Source: Planctomycetota bacterium (GTDB taxonomy: Bacteria; Planctomycetota; PLA2). From it: 64,000 nt of DNA. The stretch covers positions 40,240 through 104,239 of the forward strand of contig JAJFFH010000028.1 in the NCBI GenBank assembly GCA_021776735.1. Reading direction: 5' to 3'. A model generated the notes under the pieces. The model was not told the DNA's origin and made no database searches. It saw only the letters and a program-made list of their open reading frames with translations. Shown here in pieces: positions 30,317 to 39,848 of the stretch (position 1 is its first letter; each line of letters opens with the position of its first letter). A program made the position numbers and the translations under genes.

Positions 30317-31492
30317 TCACCGCCGGTACGGCACCAGAATGCCGGAGCTCGCGCGCAACGTCTTTTTCTGCGCGTCCGTGAGCGGCACCGTCGCCAGGAT
30401 CGCGCGCTGGAGTTCGATCTGGTTCGCGCCGGCCTGTCGGATGCGGTCGGTGCGGTGAAACGCCTTTTGCTTGACGGCGAGGAACTCGTCGTCGAAACGC
30501 TGGGCCCAAACGCGCACCGCGTTCTCGAGTGCCGGTCGGGCGTCGTCGCCGAGGCCCAGCGCCTTAGCGAATCGGGCGGTCGTGTTTTTTTGTAGATCGG
30601 CGCGGGTCTTGAACGGGACCGGGCGCGCGAGCGGACCGAGCATGACGCCGTCGGAGACGATGTCGATCATCGCGTAGCCGCGGAGCTCCTTCGGCCGCAG
30701 CTTGTTCACCTGACCCGTGCCTAGAACCTTTTCCAGATCATCGACAAGCCGCGCCTTGAGCGCCGCTTCCTCCATCACGCGTTCGAGTGCCGGGACGTCG
30801 TCCGCGTATCCCTCCTGGCGCGCCTTTTCCTCGACCGTGAAACGCCGGCCCAACTCCTCCAGGGCCGCGTCTTGGTTCTCGCTCAACGGCACGTCGGACT
30901 GGCGCAGCGCGGACGCGACGAGGTTGACTGTCATGGCTGGATGGCTGAACGAACCGTTGACGCCCGTGCCCTTGACGCCGGCCTGCATCGCCGTGAGCGC
31001 CTGCGTCACGAGCGGGCCGTTCCAGCGCTGGATCTCGCCGGCCTCCGGCGGGTACGGCTTGCCCGCCAAGAGCGCCTCGGCCAGTTTCACGAGGAGCGGC
31101 GGCAGGTGGTCCACGGACTGGCCGACGCTGTTCCAGTCGATCGCGGCCAGAGCCTCCTCCATGCCTTCATAGACAAACGTCGGCTTCCTGGGATCGACCG
31201 CCGGCGCCTCGGGGACATCGCCGTCCGTCGGCTTTTCTTGCGGGGGCTCTTCGTTGTGCTTTTCGATCGCCGCCAATGCCGCGTCCAGTTTCGTCTGGAG
31301 CTTGCCGAGTTTTTCCTTCTCCCGCCCGAGTTCCTTGCGCAATTGTTCGACGTGCGCGCGCGGAACCGTGTCATTCCGGGACGCCGCGGCGCGCGCCGGT
31401 TCGGCTCTCGCCGACCGGCCCACTCCCCAGCCGAGAAAAAAGCCGGCGATGCCGACGAGGAGTGCCAGGGCGAGGGAAAGAGGGGAGCGCAT
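30317..31492 (-). CDS. Membrane-anchored/secreted protein; free paralog of the ECF C-terminal domain
   Basis: N-terminal TM and coiled coil; shares AIDW, QRWNG.LV, HP...NL, LRP...RG, LTDAQ with the neighbouring sigma fusion. Confidence 0.82.
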   Translation of the reverse strand: MRSPLSLALALLVGIAGFFLGWGVGRSARAEPARAAASRNDTVPRAHVEQLRKELGREKEKLGKLQTKLDAALAAIEKHNEEPPQEKPTDGDVPEAPAVDPRKPTFVYEGMEEALAAIDWNSVGQSVDHLPPLLVKLAEALLAGKPYPPEAGEIQRWNGPLVTQALTAMQAGVKGTGVNGSFSHPAMTVNLVASALRQSDVPLSENQDAALEELGRRFTVEEKARQEGYADDVPALERVMEEAALKARLVDDLEKVLGTGQVNKLRPKELRGYAMIDIVSDGVMLGPLARPVPFKTRADLQKNTTARFAKALGLGDDARPALENAVRVWAQRFDDEFLAVKQKAFHRTDRIRQAGANQIELQRAILATVPLTDAQKKTLRASSGILVPYRR

Positions 31493-31498
31493 GATGTT

Positions 31499-31527
31499 TC
31501 GTACCCGGTGAATCGGGTTTCCCTTCA
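31499..31527 (-). promoter_or_regulatory. Putative ECF promoter, second copy
   Basis: TGAAGGGAA-N12-GGGTACGA-N6-ATG. Confidence 0.7.
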
Positions 31528-31769
31528 AGCAATCTCCGTGGTTTCCGATAAACCCTGCATGCCGCAAACGGAGGGTACCAAGACCGAGGCTCCGCCCGCG
31601 CGCCGGGAGATCGATCTCGTGCGCTTTGACGCCGAGCAGCTCGATTCCGGGCTGTACCGGCACCGCCAGACGAAGTTCGTCTTCGAGCTTTCGCGTCCCC
31701 CGTCGGGTTAGGGGATCAGGGCGGAGGCAGCGTACGGACGGCGATGTCCGTGCGGCCCGCATGCCGTGG

Positions 31770-32264
31770 CTACTGCGGCGGCCTGAGCTTTTGGGGTGGC
31801 TCGGGTAGATCCGGCGCGTCGGGGGACGCGATGCGGCCCTCTTCCTTGGCCTTTTCGAACCGGTAGTGCTCGTGGCGTTCCAGGTCGAAGGCAGGCAGTC
31901 GACCGATGTTGTCGAACCCGCGGTGGTGCGCCTTGCAGCGGTGGCAGATGCCGACGTCGGGCAGGGTGACGTAAAGCACAAGGTCGATGAGGGCGGCGAC
32001 GCCGAGGGGCCAGTAGGGCCACACGAAACACAGACCGGCGCCGACGGCGATCAGGAGCAGGCCCATCTTCTGGTTGAAGTCCCGATGGCGGTAGATGTGT
32101 TCGCAGCCGCAGGCGAGGCATTTTTCGAGGTCGTTGCCCGCCTCGGGTACCGGAGTCTCGGCATCGCAGTGACGGCACGTGAGCGTTTCGCCCGGTGCGC
32201 CCTCGATGGCGCGGCCGCACTTCGAGCAGCCGAACTCCACGGAAGTCTTGATGGATTCACTCAT
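31770..32264 (-). CDS. Zinc-ribbon membrane protein
   Basis: Four CxxC pairs (CSKC, CRHC, CLAC, CHRC) flanking a TM hairpin; ATGA overlap with the upstream gene. Confidence 0.75.
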   Translation of the reverse strand: MSESIKTSVEFGCSKCGRAIEGAPGETLTCRHCDAETPVPEAGNDLEKCLACGCEHIYRHRDFNQKMGLLLIAVGAGLCFVWPYWPLGVAALIDLVLYVTLPDVGICHRCKAHHRGFDNIGRLPAFDLERHEHYRFEKAKEEGRIASPDAPDLPEPPQKLRPPQ

Positions 32265-32950
32265 GCCGCGATGCCGCGCTCCAGACGCAGGTAGACCGCG
32301 ATCAGCTCGCCGAACACGAAGACCAGGACGGTCATCGCGTACAGGATGCCGGTCGCGGATTGGTTGGATTCGATCTTCACGCACTGCAACACCATCCAGC
32401 CCAGCACGAGGGGCAGGAACAGGCCGAGCGCGAACCGCATGGACAAAAACACCATGTCCATCATCGCCATGGGTTCGAAGAACACGGGTACCACCGTGAT
32501 CGCGCGCGCCAGCAGGATCACAAAGAGGATCCACGCCATGCGCTTGAGCGGCTCGAACGATAGTCCGCGCGCGATCAGATAGCTGTGGCCCAGGAGCATC
32601 GCGCCCAACGTGCCACCGAGCGCGATGGCGCTCGCTCCCGCGGAAAAACCGGGGGGCCATTCGTTGGCCGCCGCGAGCCAGACCGCGCACGGTGTCGCGA
32701 GCCAAACCGCCGAGCCCGGGATCTTTACATCGAAGGCCAAGAGGCGCTCGACGAGCAACGCGACGACCGCGGTCGCGATACACGGAACCGTCGGTGCGTC
32801 GGTTGCGAGCGCGACGACTGACAGCGCGGCGATCGTGAACAGGCTCACGCGGCGCCACGTTCCCGTGACGACCTGCGGGCCAACGAGACCGAGCAGCAGG
32901 CCGTAGCCACCGACCAGGCGCGTGAGAAAAACCGACAGAATCGTGGTCAT
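32261..32950 (-). CDS. Multi-pass membrane protein of unknown function
   Basis: About 7 hydrophobic helices; motifs AMLLGHSYL and SNQSATGILY. Confidence 0.75.
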   Translation of the reverse strand: MTTILSVFLTRLVGGYGLLLGLVGPQVVTGTWRRVSLFTIAALSVVALATDAPTVPCIATAVVALLVERLLAFDVKIPGSAVWLATPCAVWLAAANEWPPGFSAGASAIALGGTLGAMLLGHSYLIARGLSFEPLKRMAWILFVILLARAITVVPVFFEPMAMMDMVFLSMRFALGLFLPLVLGWMVLQCVKIESNQSATGILYAMTVLVFVFGELIAVYLRLERGIAA

Positions 32951-32960
32951 GGTGCGCGCG

Positions 32961-33656
32961 TTACCCCGTGCGTGCCGGGCATTGGTCCTCGAACACGCAT
33001 CCCGCGCACAGCGGCTTGCGTGCGTTGCAGACCTTGCGTCCGTGCCAGATCAGCAGGTGCGACACGTCGATCCAGTCTTTTTGGGGCAAGAGCGCGACCA
33101 GTTCGCGCTCGATTTTCTTGGGGTCGGTGGCGCCGACGAGGCCGAGTCGGCCGGTGATGCGTCCGACGTGGGTATCGACCACCACGCCCACGGCGATGCC
33201 GAACCAGACTCCGAGGACCACGTTCGCGGTCTTGCGCGCGACCCCCGGCAGGGTCAGGAGCTCGTCCATCGTGTTCGGAACCTGGCCCCCGAACTCCTCG
33301 ACGACCCGCTGGGCCATGCCCTGGATGTTTTTGGCCTTGTTGCGATAAAACCCGGTCGAGTGGACGAGCCGCTCGACGGTGCTGCGCCGGCCGCGGGCGA
33401 GTTTTTGCGGCGTCGGGTAGCGCCGAAACAGGGCGGGCGTCACTTTGTTCACCATCTCGTCGGTGCACTGGGCAGAGAGAATCGTCGCGACGGTGAGTTC
33501 GTAGGCGCTCTTGTGCAACAGCGCGCACTCCGCGTCGGGGTACGCCTTGCGCAGGCGCCGCACGACCGTGCGCGCCCAGTTTCTTTTTGCCGGTTCCGCT
33601 TCCGGTTTCTGGGATGTCGGCTGTTGGGACGTTCGCTTTTGGTGAGCCGGGGTCAT
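32961..33656 (-). CDS. nth: Endonuclease III
   Basis: ILSAQCTD, LPGVARKTANVV (HhH), VVDTHV, [4Fe-4S] motif CNARKPLCAGCVFEDQC. Confidence 0.96.
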   Translation of the reverse strand: MTPAHQKRTSQQPTSQKPEAEPAKRNWARTVVRRLRKAYPDAECALLHKSAYELTVATILSAQCTDEMVNKVTPALFRRYPTPQKLARGRRSTVERLVHSTGFYRNKAKNIQGMAQRVVEEFGGQVPNTMDELLTLPGVARKTANVVLGVWFGIAVGVVVDTHVGRITGRLGLVGATDPKKIERELVALLPQKDWIDVSHLLIWHGRKVCNARKPLCAGCVFEDQCPARTG

Positions 33657-35215
33657 CGCAAGAACTCCTCCCATGATCCGGTGTTGGGCACGTCCTCGGC
33701 ACGCAGACCGCCGTGGCGCGCGGCCAAGACACCCCAGTGAACGTCGTCCATGCCTTCGCACGAGTGTGCGTCCGGATTGATCGGCACCCCGATCCCGAGT
33801 TCGACGGCACGCGCGTGCCAAGCGGGATCGAGGTCGAGGCGCCAGGGACTCGCGTTCAGCTCGACCAACGTGTTCGACGCAGCGCACGCGCCCAACACGC
33901 GCTCCACATCCACGGCGGACGGCTCGCGCCGCAGGCGCAGTTGTCCCGTGAGGTGGCCCAGGACATCGACGTGCGGATCGTTCACCGCGCGCACTATGCG
34001 CGCCGTCATCGTCTCCTCGTCCTGGTCGTGCACCGAGTGGATCGACGCGATCACGAGGTCGAGTTCGGCGAGGACCTCGTCGGGATAGTCGATCGCGCCG
34101 TCGTGCAGGATATCGACCTCGGTGCCGCACAAGACACGCACGGGCCCGCCGCGCTCGTTGAACGCGCGGATGGCCGCACCCTGCTCGAGCAACCGCTCGA
34201 CGGACAAGCCGTTGGCGTAGACCGCAAGCGGGCTGTGGTCGGTCACGACAAGGTACGAAAACCCGCGCTCGCCCGCGGCGGCCGCCATCTCCTCGATCGA
34301 GGCCGTGCCGTCCGACCACGTCGTGTGCGCGTGAACGAGTCCTTTCAGGTCCGCGCGCTCGATCAGACGCGGAACCGCCTCGGATCCGTCGCAAGCGTGG
34401 CGGCGCTCCGGCGGCACGAAAGAGAGTCCGCGCGACCGGTAGATCTCAAGTTCATCGCCGTCCGTTCCTGTCTTTGCGAGGACAGCTGCGACGTGATCGG
34501 CCGGCCCGGTCTCCTCGAACAGGGCCCGGGCGAACTTGTCGGATCTTTCCAGGCGGACGCGTACGGACGGCGATGTTTCGGTCGCGGGCTCCTCGATCAG
34601 CGCGGGTTCGCCGGCGGCCACGATGGAAATGCCGGATACCGTCGGCTCGCCGCGGCGCAGATCGCCGGCAATCACCGCGTCCTTCAGGCCGAGCCGCTCG
34701 ATGACGGCCTGTGCGGCGGCCCATGCGTCGTGCAGGCGGGCGCGGCCGTGCAGGGTGCGCAGGAACGCGATGCCTTCCCGCACCTTGCCCGCGGTCTTTT
34801 GCCCAAACCCCTTGAGTGCGGCCAGCCGTCCGTCGCCCGCAGCTTCTTCGAGCCCGTCAAGGGTGTGGACCCCAAGCTCCTTGAGGACCGTGTGGACCCG
34901 GCGCGGGCCGAGGCCGGGGACGCGGAGGACGTCGCGGGTTCCTGCGGGCAGCCGGGCCACGAGTTGTGCGTGAACCTCGCAGTCGCCCGTGACAACGATT
35001 TCCTGGATCGCTTTTTGGACTTTTTCGCCGAGGCCCTTGATCTTGGTCAGTTGGCCATGGGCGGCGAGGTCGGCGGCGGACGGGCCGAGGGTCTCCAGGA
35101 TTCGCGAAATGCGTCCGTAGGCGATTGCACGGCCCCTCGGCTCGCCGAGAACCTGCATCAGGATCTCGATCTCCTTGAACACCCCGGCGAGCGCCTTGTT
35201 CGTCAGACCGGCCAC
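33653..35215 (-). CDS. polX: PolX-PHP protein with degenerate polymerase active site
   Basis: HhH motifs IKGLGEK, VPGLGPRR, LKGFGQKT; AGDLRR; PHP motifs HAHTTWSDG, TDHS, GH, NPDAH; start GTG 35215 inferred. Confidence 0.88.
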   Translation of the reverse strand: MAGLTNKALAGVFKEIEILMQVLGEPRGRAIAYGRISRILETLGPSAADLAAHGQLTKIKGLGEKVQKAIQEIVVTGDCEVHAQLVARLPAGTRDVLRVPGLGPRRVHTVLKELGVHTLDGLEEAAGDGRLAALKGFGQKTAGKVREGIAFLRTLHGRARLHDAWAAAQAVIERLGLKDAVIAGDLRRGEPTVSGISIVAAGEPALIEEPATETSPSVRVRLERSDKFARALFEETGPADHVAAVLAKTGTDGDELEIYRSRGLSFVPPERRHACDGSEAVPRLIERADLKGLVHAHTTWSDGTASIEEMAAAAGERGFSYLVVTDHSPLAVYANGLSVERLLEQGAAIRAFNERGGPVRVLCGTEVDILHDGAIDYPDEVLAELDLVIASIHSVHDQDEETMTARIVRAVNDPHVDVLGHLTGQLRLRREPSAVDVERVLGACAASNTLVELNASPWRLDLDPAWHARAVELGIGVPINPDAHSCEGMDDVHWGVLAARHGGLRAEDVPNTGSWEEFLR

Positions 35216-35295
35216 GGCGGCATGGTACCGACCGGCGGCGGGGGCGCCACGGTTTGACACGGCGCGGAATTGGGGTTGAATAGCGCCCTTACGAC

Positions 35296-35371
35296 GCCCT
35301 CCTAGCTCAATCGGTAGAGCAGCGGATTCTTAATCCGGAGGTTCTTGGTTCAAGTCCAAGGGGGGGCACCA
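35296..35371 (+). tRNA. tRNA-Lys(CTT)
   Basis: Acceptor GCCCTCC/GGGGGGC, D-arm AGCTCAATCGGTAGAGC, anticodon CTT, T-loop GGTTCAAGTCC, encoded CCA. Confidence 0.95.
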
Positions 35372-35600
35372 AACCTCCGCGTCCGGGAAGTCCCGGGTGC
35401 GGTCAACCAGACGAGCCCAGGGCGACTCGCATGTCGGCCCGATCGATCTTCGGTCGCCTGCGTCACCCTGTCGCATGTCGGGCCAACTCGGGCCACTCGG
35501 GCCAGAGCGAACGGACGGCGATGTCTTCGAGCCGGAAGTAGCCGGCGCGATTGCCTCGGTGTCTCGTGGGCGCTGACCTGCGTCGGCCAAGATGTACAAG

Positions 35601-35624
35601 CCCGCCGGCGCGGACGCCGGCGGG
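35601..35624. terminator. 10-bp hairpin between convergent tRNA-Lys and nrdJ
   Basis: CCCGCCGGCG-CGGA-CGCCGGCGGG; weak U-tract. Confidence 0.45.
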
Positions 35625-35662
35625 TGAAGAGCGATCAAGGCTTCCCGTTTGCGAGCAGCCTG

Positions 35663-38600
35663 CTACGAGCAGCCGCTCGTGGCGCCGCAGGTCATGCATT
35701 TCAGGCATGTGCCGTTGCGGACCTGCGTGAATTGGCCGCAGTCGCCGCAGGGGTCACCTTCGTAGCCCATCAAGCGGGCGTGTCGGATGCGGTTGGCCGT
35801 CTCCGTTGCCGCGCCGCCTCGCTTGATGGAGGTCCGCCCGATCGCTGGCTGCCGCACTGCCTGGGCGGTCCGACCGCTTGACGGGCCCGGCACAGCTTCC
35901 GAGACGGCGAAGCCGGCCTCCACCGCGGATCCCTTGGAGCCGGATCCCCTGGATCCAGCGGGAGCGGTTCTTGCCGCGGCTTGCTTCCCGTAGCCCCCGT
36001 TTCCCGCTCCATCCCCACGGTTCTCTCTACGGTCATCTTCACCGTCATTTCTACCGTGGCCGTCGTTGTGTTGCGGATTTCCGTTCTTACTGGCGACCGC
36101 AATCGAGGTTGTGCGGGTCGGCATGGTGCCGTCATCGACGATCTCCTCCTCGACATACTCCGGAGTGACGCCGCCCGAGTCGTCCGGGCTCTTTCCGCCC
36201 ATTGCCTCGGGGCGAAGATCTTCCGGGGTCACTTGGCCCAGGTCGTTGCGGCCAAGATAGGTGATGGCGAGCTCGCGGAAAATGTAGTCGATGATCGAGG
36301 TGGCCATCTTGATGCGCTCGTTGCCGCTCACCGGGCCGTTGGGCTCGAAGCGGCTGAAGACGAACGCGTCGATGTACTCCTCCAGCGGTACGCCGTACTG
36401 GAGTCCGAGCGAGACCGAGATCGCGAAGCAGTTCATCAGGCTGCGGAAGGCGGCGCCCTCCTTGTGCATGTCGATGAAAATCTCGCCGAGGGTTCCGTCC
36501 CGGTACTCGCCCGTGCGGAGGTAGACCTTGTGCCCGCCGACGACGGCCTTTTGGGTGTAGCCCACGCGGCGTTGCGGCATGCGCCGCCGCTTCGCGAGAT
36601 AGCGGTAGACGATCCGCTCGACGACTCGCTCCATGACCGCGGGCTCGTCGGTCTCGAAGACGGAGAAGTCCTCGTCCTCCGCCGTGACGTTGAGCGGCTG
36701 GCTAAGCTTGGAGCCGTCGCGGTAGAGCGCGTTGGCCTTGGTGCCCAGCATCCACGAGAGCTGGTACGCCGCCTGGACATCTTCGACGGTGGCGTCGCCG
36801 GGCATGTTGATCGTCTTGCTGATGGCGCCGGAGATAAACGGCTGTGCCGAGGCCATCATCCGGATGTGTGACTCGACCGACAAGAAGCGCTGCCCGTCGC
36901 GACCGCAGCGGTTGGCGCAGTCGAAGATGGGATAGTGCTCCTCTTTCAGGTGCGGCGCGCCCTCGAGCATCATCGTCCCGAGGCAGTATTCCGACGCCTC
37001 GCGGATTTCCTCCCCGGTGAAGCCGAGCGCGACCAACAGGTTGTGACGCGCCTGTTCGAGCTGGCTGTCGGAAACACCCAGCGTGTCACGTACGAACTCA
37101 TCGCCCAGAGTGCCTGTGTTGAGCACGAACGACAGGTCGAACGCGGTGCCAAGCGCGCTCTCCACCAGGGCGAGTTTCTCGTCGGTGAAGCCCTTGGCGC
37201 GCAGCGAGCCGGGGTTGACATGCGGTGCGCCGTCCAAGGATCCCGCGCCACGGCCGTAGCGCACGATTTCCTCGATTTGCTCGGGAGTGTAGCCCAGACG
37301 CCGCAGCGCCGGCGGGATCGACTCGTTGATGATCTTGAAGTAGCCGCCGCCCGCGAGCTTCTTGAACTTGACGAGCGCGAAGTCCGGCTCGATGCCGGTG
37401 GTATCGCAGTCCATGACGAGCCCGATCGTGCCGGTCGGGGCGATGACGGTCGTCTGCGCGTTTCGATAGCCGTGTTTTTTGCCGAGCGCGAGCGCTTCGT
37501 CCCAGGCGCCGCGGGCGGCCTCGAGCAGGTAGTTGGGCGTGTGCCGTTCGTCGATCGCGACCGGAAGCACGGAGAGACCCTCGTACTCGTCCGGCTGGGT
37601 GCCGTATGCGGCGCGCCGGTGGTTGCGGATGACCCGCAGCATGTGGTCGCGGTTACGCGCATAGCCCGGAAACGGACCGGCCTGCGCGGCGATTTCCGCG
37701 CTCGTCGCGTAGCTCGTGCCGGTGAGCAGCGCCGTGATGGAACCGCAGATCGCGCGGCCCTGCTCGGAGTCGTACGGGATGCCAGCCACCATGAGGAACG
37801 TGCCGAGGTTGGCGTAACCGAGGCCGAGGGTGCGGAACTCATACGAGAGACGCGCGATTTCGCGGCTCGGAAACTGCGCCATCGCCACCGCCGCCTCGAG
37901 CGTGATCGTCCAGAGACGGCAGGCGTGGCGGAACGAGTCGACGTCGAAGCGTGCCGTCTCGGGATCGGCGAACCGCATCAGGTTAAGCGACGCCAGGTTG
38001 CACGCCGTGTCGTCGAGGAACATGTACTCGCTGCACGGGTTGCTGGCGCGGATGCGACCGTCGGTCGGGCAGGTGTGCCATTCGTTGATCGTCGTGTCGA
38101 ACTGGAGGCCGGGATCGGCGCACGACCATGCGGCGTGGGCGATCTCTTCCCAGAGTTCGCGGGCGGGAACGGTTTCCTGGACCTGGCCGTCCGTGCGCCG
38201 GGTCAAGGACCAGTCGTCGTCGCGCTCGACTGCCTTGAGAAAGGCATTCGTGAGACGAACCGAGTTGTTCGAGTTTTGGCCCGATACCGTCAGGTACGCC
38301 TCGGAGGTCCAGTCGGTGTCGTAGGTCGGGAACTCGATCGAGGTGTAGCCCTGACGCGCCAACTGCGCCACCCGGCGGATGTAGTTCTCCGAAACCTCCG
38401 CGCCCCGGGCCGCCGTGATTGCTGCGGCCAGCGGGGAGTTGTGGCGAGCCGAAAAACGCTGCTCGTCTTCGGCCGAGAAGTCCTCGGACGGCGCGCACGC
38501 CTTCATGATGGCGTTCAGGTGTTTTTCGGCGAGCCGTGAGCCGGCGACGAGGGCCAGAACCTTTTGCTCCTCGCGGACCTTCCAGTTGATGAACTTGCGG

Positions 38601-39496
38601 ACATCGGGGTGGTCGATGTCGCAGATGACCATCTTGGCTGCGCGGCGGGTCGTGCCGCCCGACTTGATCGCCCCCGCGGCCCGGTCGCCGATCTTGAGGA
38701 AGCTCATCAGGCCGCTGCTGCGGCCCCCGCCCGAGAGCGGCTCGTTTTCGCCGCGGATCGACGAGAAGTTCGTGCCCGTGCCCGAGCCGTACTTGAACAG
38801 GCGCGCCTCGCGGACCCACAGGTCCATGATGCCGCCGTCACCGACCAGGTCGTCCTTGACGCTGGAAATAAAGCAGGCGTGCGGCTGCGGCCGGGAGTAG
38901 GCGTCCTTGCTCTTGTAGACCCGGCCGGCCTTGGCGCCCCGCGACTCCACGAAATAATGGCCCTGGGCCGGGCCGTTGATCCCGTAGGCCCAATGGAGGC
39001 CCGTGTTGAACCACTGCGGGCTGTTGGGCGCGGCCATCTGGCGGACGAGCATCGCGCACATCTCGTCGTAGTAGGCGCGTGCGTCCTCTTCAGAGTCGAA
39101 GAGGCCTTCCTTGAAGCCCCAGTAGGTCCAGCAGCCGGCCATCCGGTGAAAAACCTGCCGGCAGTCCTTTTCCATCCCGTACCGCTCTTCGGGCGGGAGT
39201 TGGGCCAGTGCCGTTTCGTCGGGCACGGCGCGCCAGAGCCACTCCGGCACGCCTTTCTCGCGCACGCGTTTCAACGCCGCCGGCACCCCCGCCTTGCGGT
39301 AGTACTTCTGGGCAAGCACGTCCGTCGCGACCTGGCTCCAAGCCTCGGGAACCACGATCCCATCACAAGAAAAGATGACGCGACCATCGGGCTCGACGAT
39401 CTTCGACGAGCGCTCCACAAAGCGAATCCCGTCATAGGCGCGAGTCCCATCATGGGGACGACTACCAGCGGTGGTGAAACGGCGCTCGATTTTCAT
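35663..39496 (-). CDS. nrdJ: Vitamin B12-dependent ribonucleotide reductase (class II)
   Basis: [35 protein letters not shown]; C-terminal TSCPD-like region and CGDC..CLKC..TSGCS. Confidence 0.96.
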   Translation of the reverse strand: MKIERRFTTAGSRPHDGTRAYDGIRFVERSSKIVEPDGRVIFSCDGIVVPEAWSQVATDVLAQKYYRKAGVPAALKRVREKGVPEWLWRAVPDETALAQLPPEERYGMEKDCRQVFHRMAGCWTYWGFKEGLFDSEEDARAYYDEMCAMLVRQMAAPNSPQWFNTGLHWAYGINGPAQGHYFVESRGAKAGRVYKSKDAYSRPQPHACFISSVKDDLVGDGGIMDLWVREARLFKYGSGTGTNFSSIRGENEPLSGGGRSSGLMSFLKIGDRAAGAIKSGGTTRRAAKMVICDIDHPDVRKFINWKVREEQKVLALVAGSRLAEKHLNAIMKACAPSEDFSAEDEQRFSARHNSPLAAAITAARGAEVSENYIRRVAQLARQGYTSIEFPTYDTDWTSEAYLTVSGQNSNNSVRLTNAFLKAVERDDDWSLTRRTDGQVQETVPARELWEEIAHAAWSCADPGLQFDTTINEWHTCPTDGRIRASNPCSEYMFLDDTACNLASLNLMRFADPETARFDVDSFRHACRLWTITLEAAVAMAQFPSREIARLSYEFRTLGLGYANLGTFLMVAGIPYDSEQGRAICGSITALLTGTSYATSAEIAAQAGPFPGYARNRDHMLRVIRNHRRAAYGTQPDEYEGLSVLPVAIDERHTPNYLLEAARGAWDEALALGKKHGYRNAQTTVIAPTGTIGLVMDCDTTGIEPDFALVKFKKLAGGGYFKIINESIPPALRRLGYTPEQIEEIVRYGRGAGSLDGAPHVNPGSLRAKGFTDEKLALVESALGTAFDLSFVLNTGTLGDEFVRDTLGVSDSQLEQARHNLLVALGFTGEEIREASEYCLGTMMLEGAPHLKEEHYPIFDCANRCGRDGQRFLSVESHIRMMASAQPFISGAISKTINMPGDATVEDVQAAYQLSWMLGTKANALYRDGSKLSQPLNVTAEDEDFSVFETDEPAVMERVVERIVYRYLAKRRRMPQRRVGYTQKAVVGGHKVYLRTGEYRDGTLGEIFIDMHKEGAAFRSLMNCFAISVSLGLQYGVPLEEYIDAFVFSRFEPNGPVSGNERIKMATSIIDYIFRELAITYLGRNDLGQVTPEDLRPEAMGGKSPDDSGGVTPEYVEEEIVDDGTMPTRTTSIAVASKNGNPQHNDGHGRNDGEDDRRENRGDGAGNGGYGKQAAARTAPAGSRGSGSKGSAVEAGFAVSEAVPGPSSGRTAQAVRQPAIGRTSIKRGGAATETANRIRHARLMGYEGDPCGDCGQFTQVRNGTCLKCMTCGATSGCS

Positions 39497-39559
39497 TCAC
39501 GACTCCCAGCCGCCAGCGCAGTCGCGCACTGGCCCAACGTGCGTCCAGCACACGCGTGC

Positions 39560-39594
39560 CCGACACGACGTGTCCGACACGACGTGTCCGACAC
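39560..39594. repeat. 14-bp tandem repeat (CCGACACGACGTGT)x2.5 in the nrdJ leader
   Basis: Read directly; each unit contains the dyad ACAC-GAC-GTGT. Confidence 0.85.
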
Positions 39595-39659
39595 TGTCTT
39601 GTACAGAACGAAGCCCCCGGCACAGCATCGCCGAGGCGCGGAACCCAAAGAACCTGAAA

Positions 39660-39707
39660 CCACAACATCTAGTGGTGTCTATCGGACGAAAGCGCAATAT
39701 CTGCTAC
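39660..39707. promoter_or_regulatory. Tandem NrdR boxes upstream of nrdJ
   Basis: CCACAACATCTAGTGG (39660-39675) matches the NrdR consensus; weaker GCGCAATATCTGCTAC 32 bp away. Confidence 0.8.
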
Positions 39708-39848
39708 CCACTAGAGCGGCTGGGCATTGTGCAAAGACGGTCCGACAGGATTTGGAACGGCACGCTGGAGGCTCCCGTGCGTATTCCCACGCGAGGCTCT
39801 CGGAGGGCTATCTGTGGGGTCCTTGGGGCCCGAACAAGGCGAGCTAGA

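Noticed and set aside
31559-31711. 50-aa plus-strand ORF (MPQTEGTK...)
   Set aside because: No RBS or motif; cannot be supported from sequence alone.
35296-35371. G-G mismatch at the top of the tRNA-Lys anticodon stem suggesting a pseudo-tRNA
   Set aside because: Mismatches at pair 27-43 are tolerated and all other elements, including CCA, are intact.
35372-35662. Possible integrated element or att site after tRNA-Lys; short GCATGTCGG and CTCGGGCCA repeats
   Set aside because: No integrase and no duplicated tRNA 3' end seen; the repeats are short and imperfect.
39497-39848. Cobalamin riboswitch upstream of nrdJ
   Set aside because: No B12-box recognisable; NrdR boxes explain the regulation.
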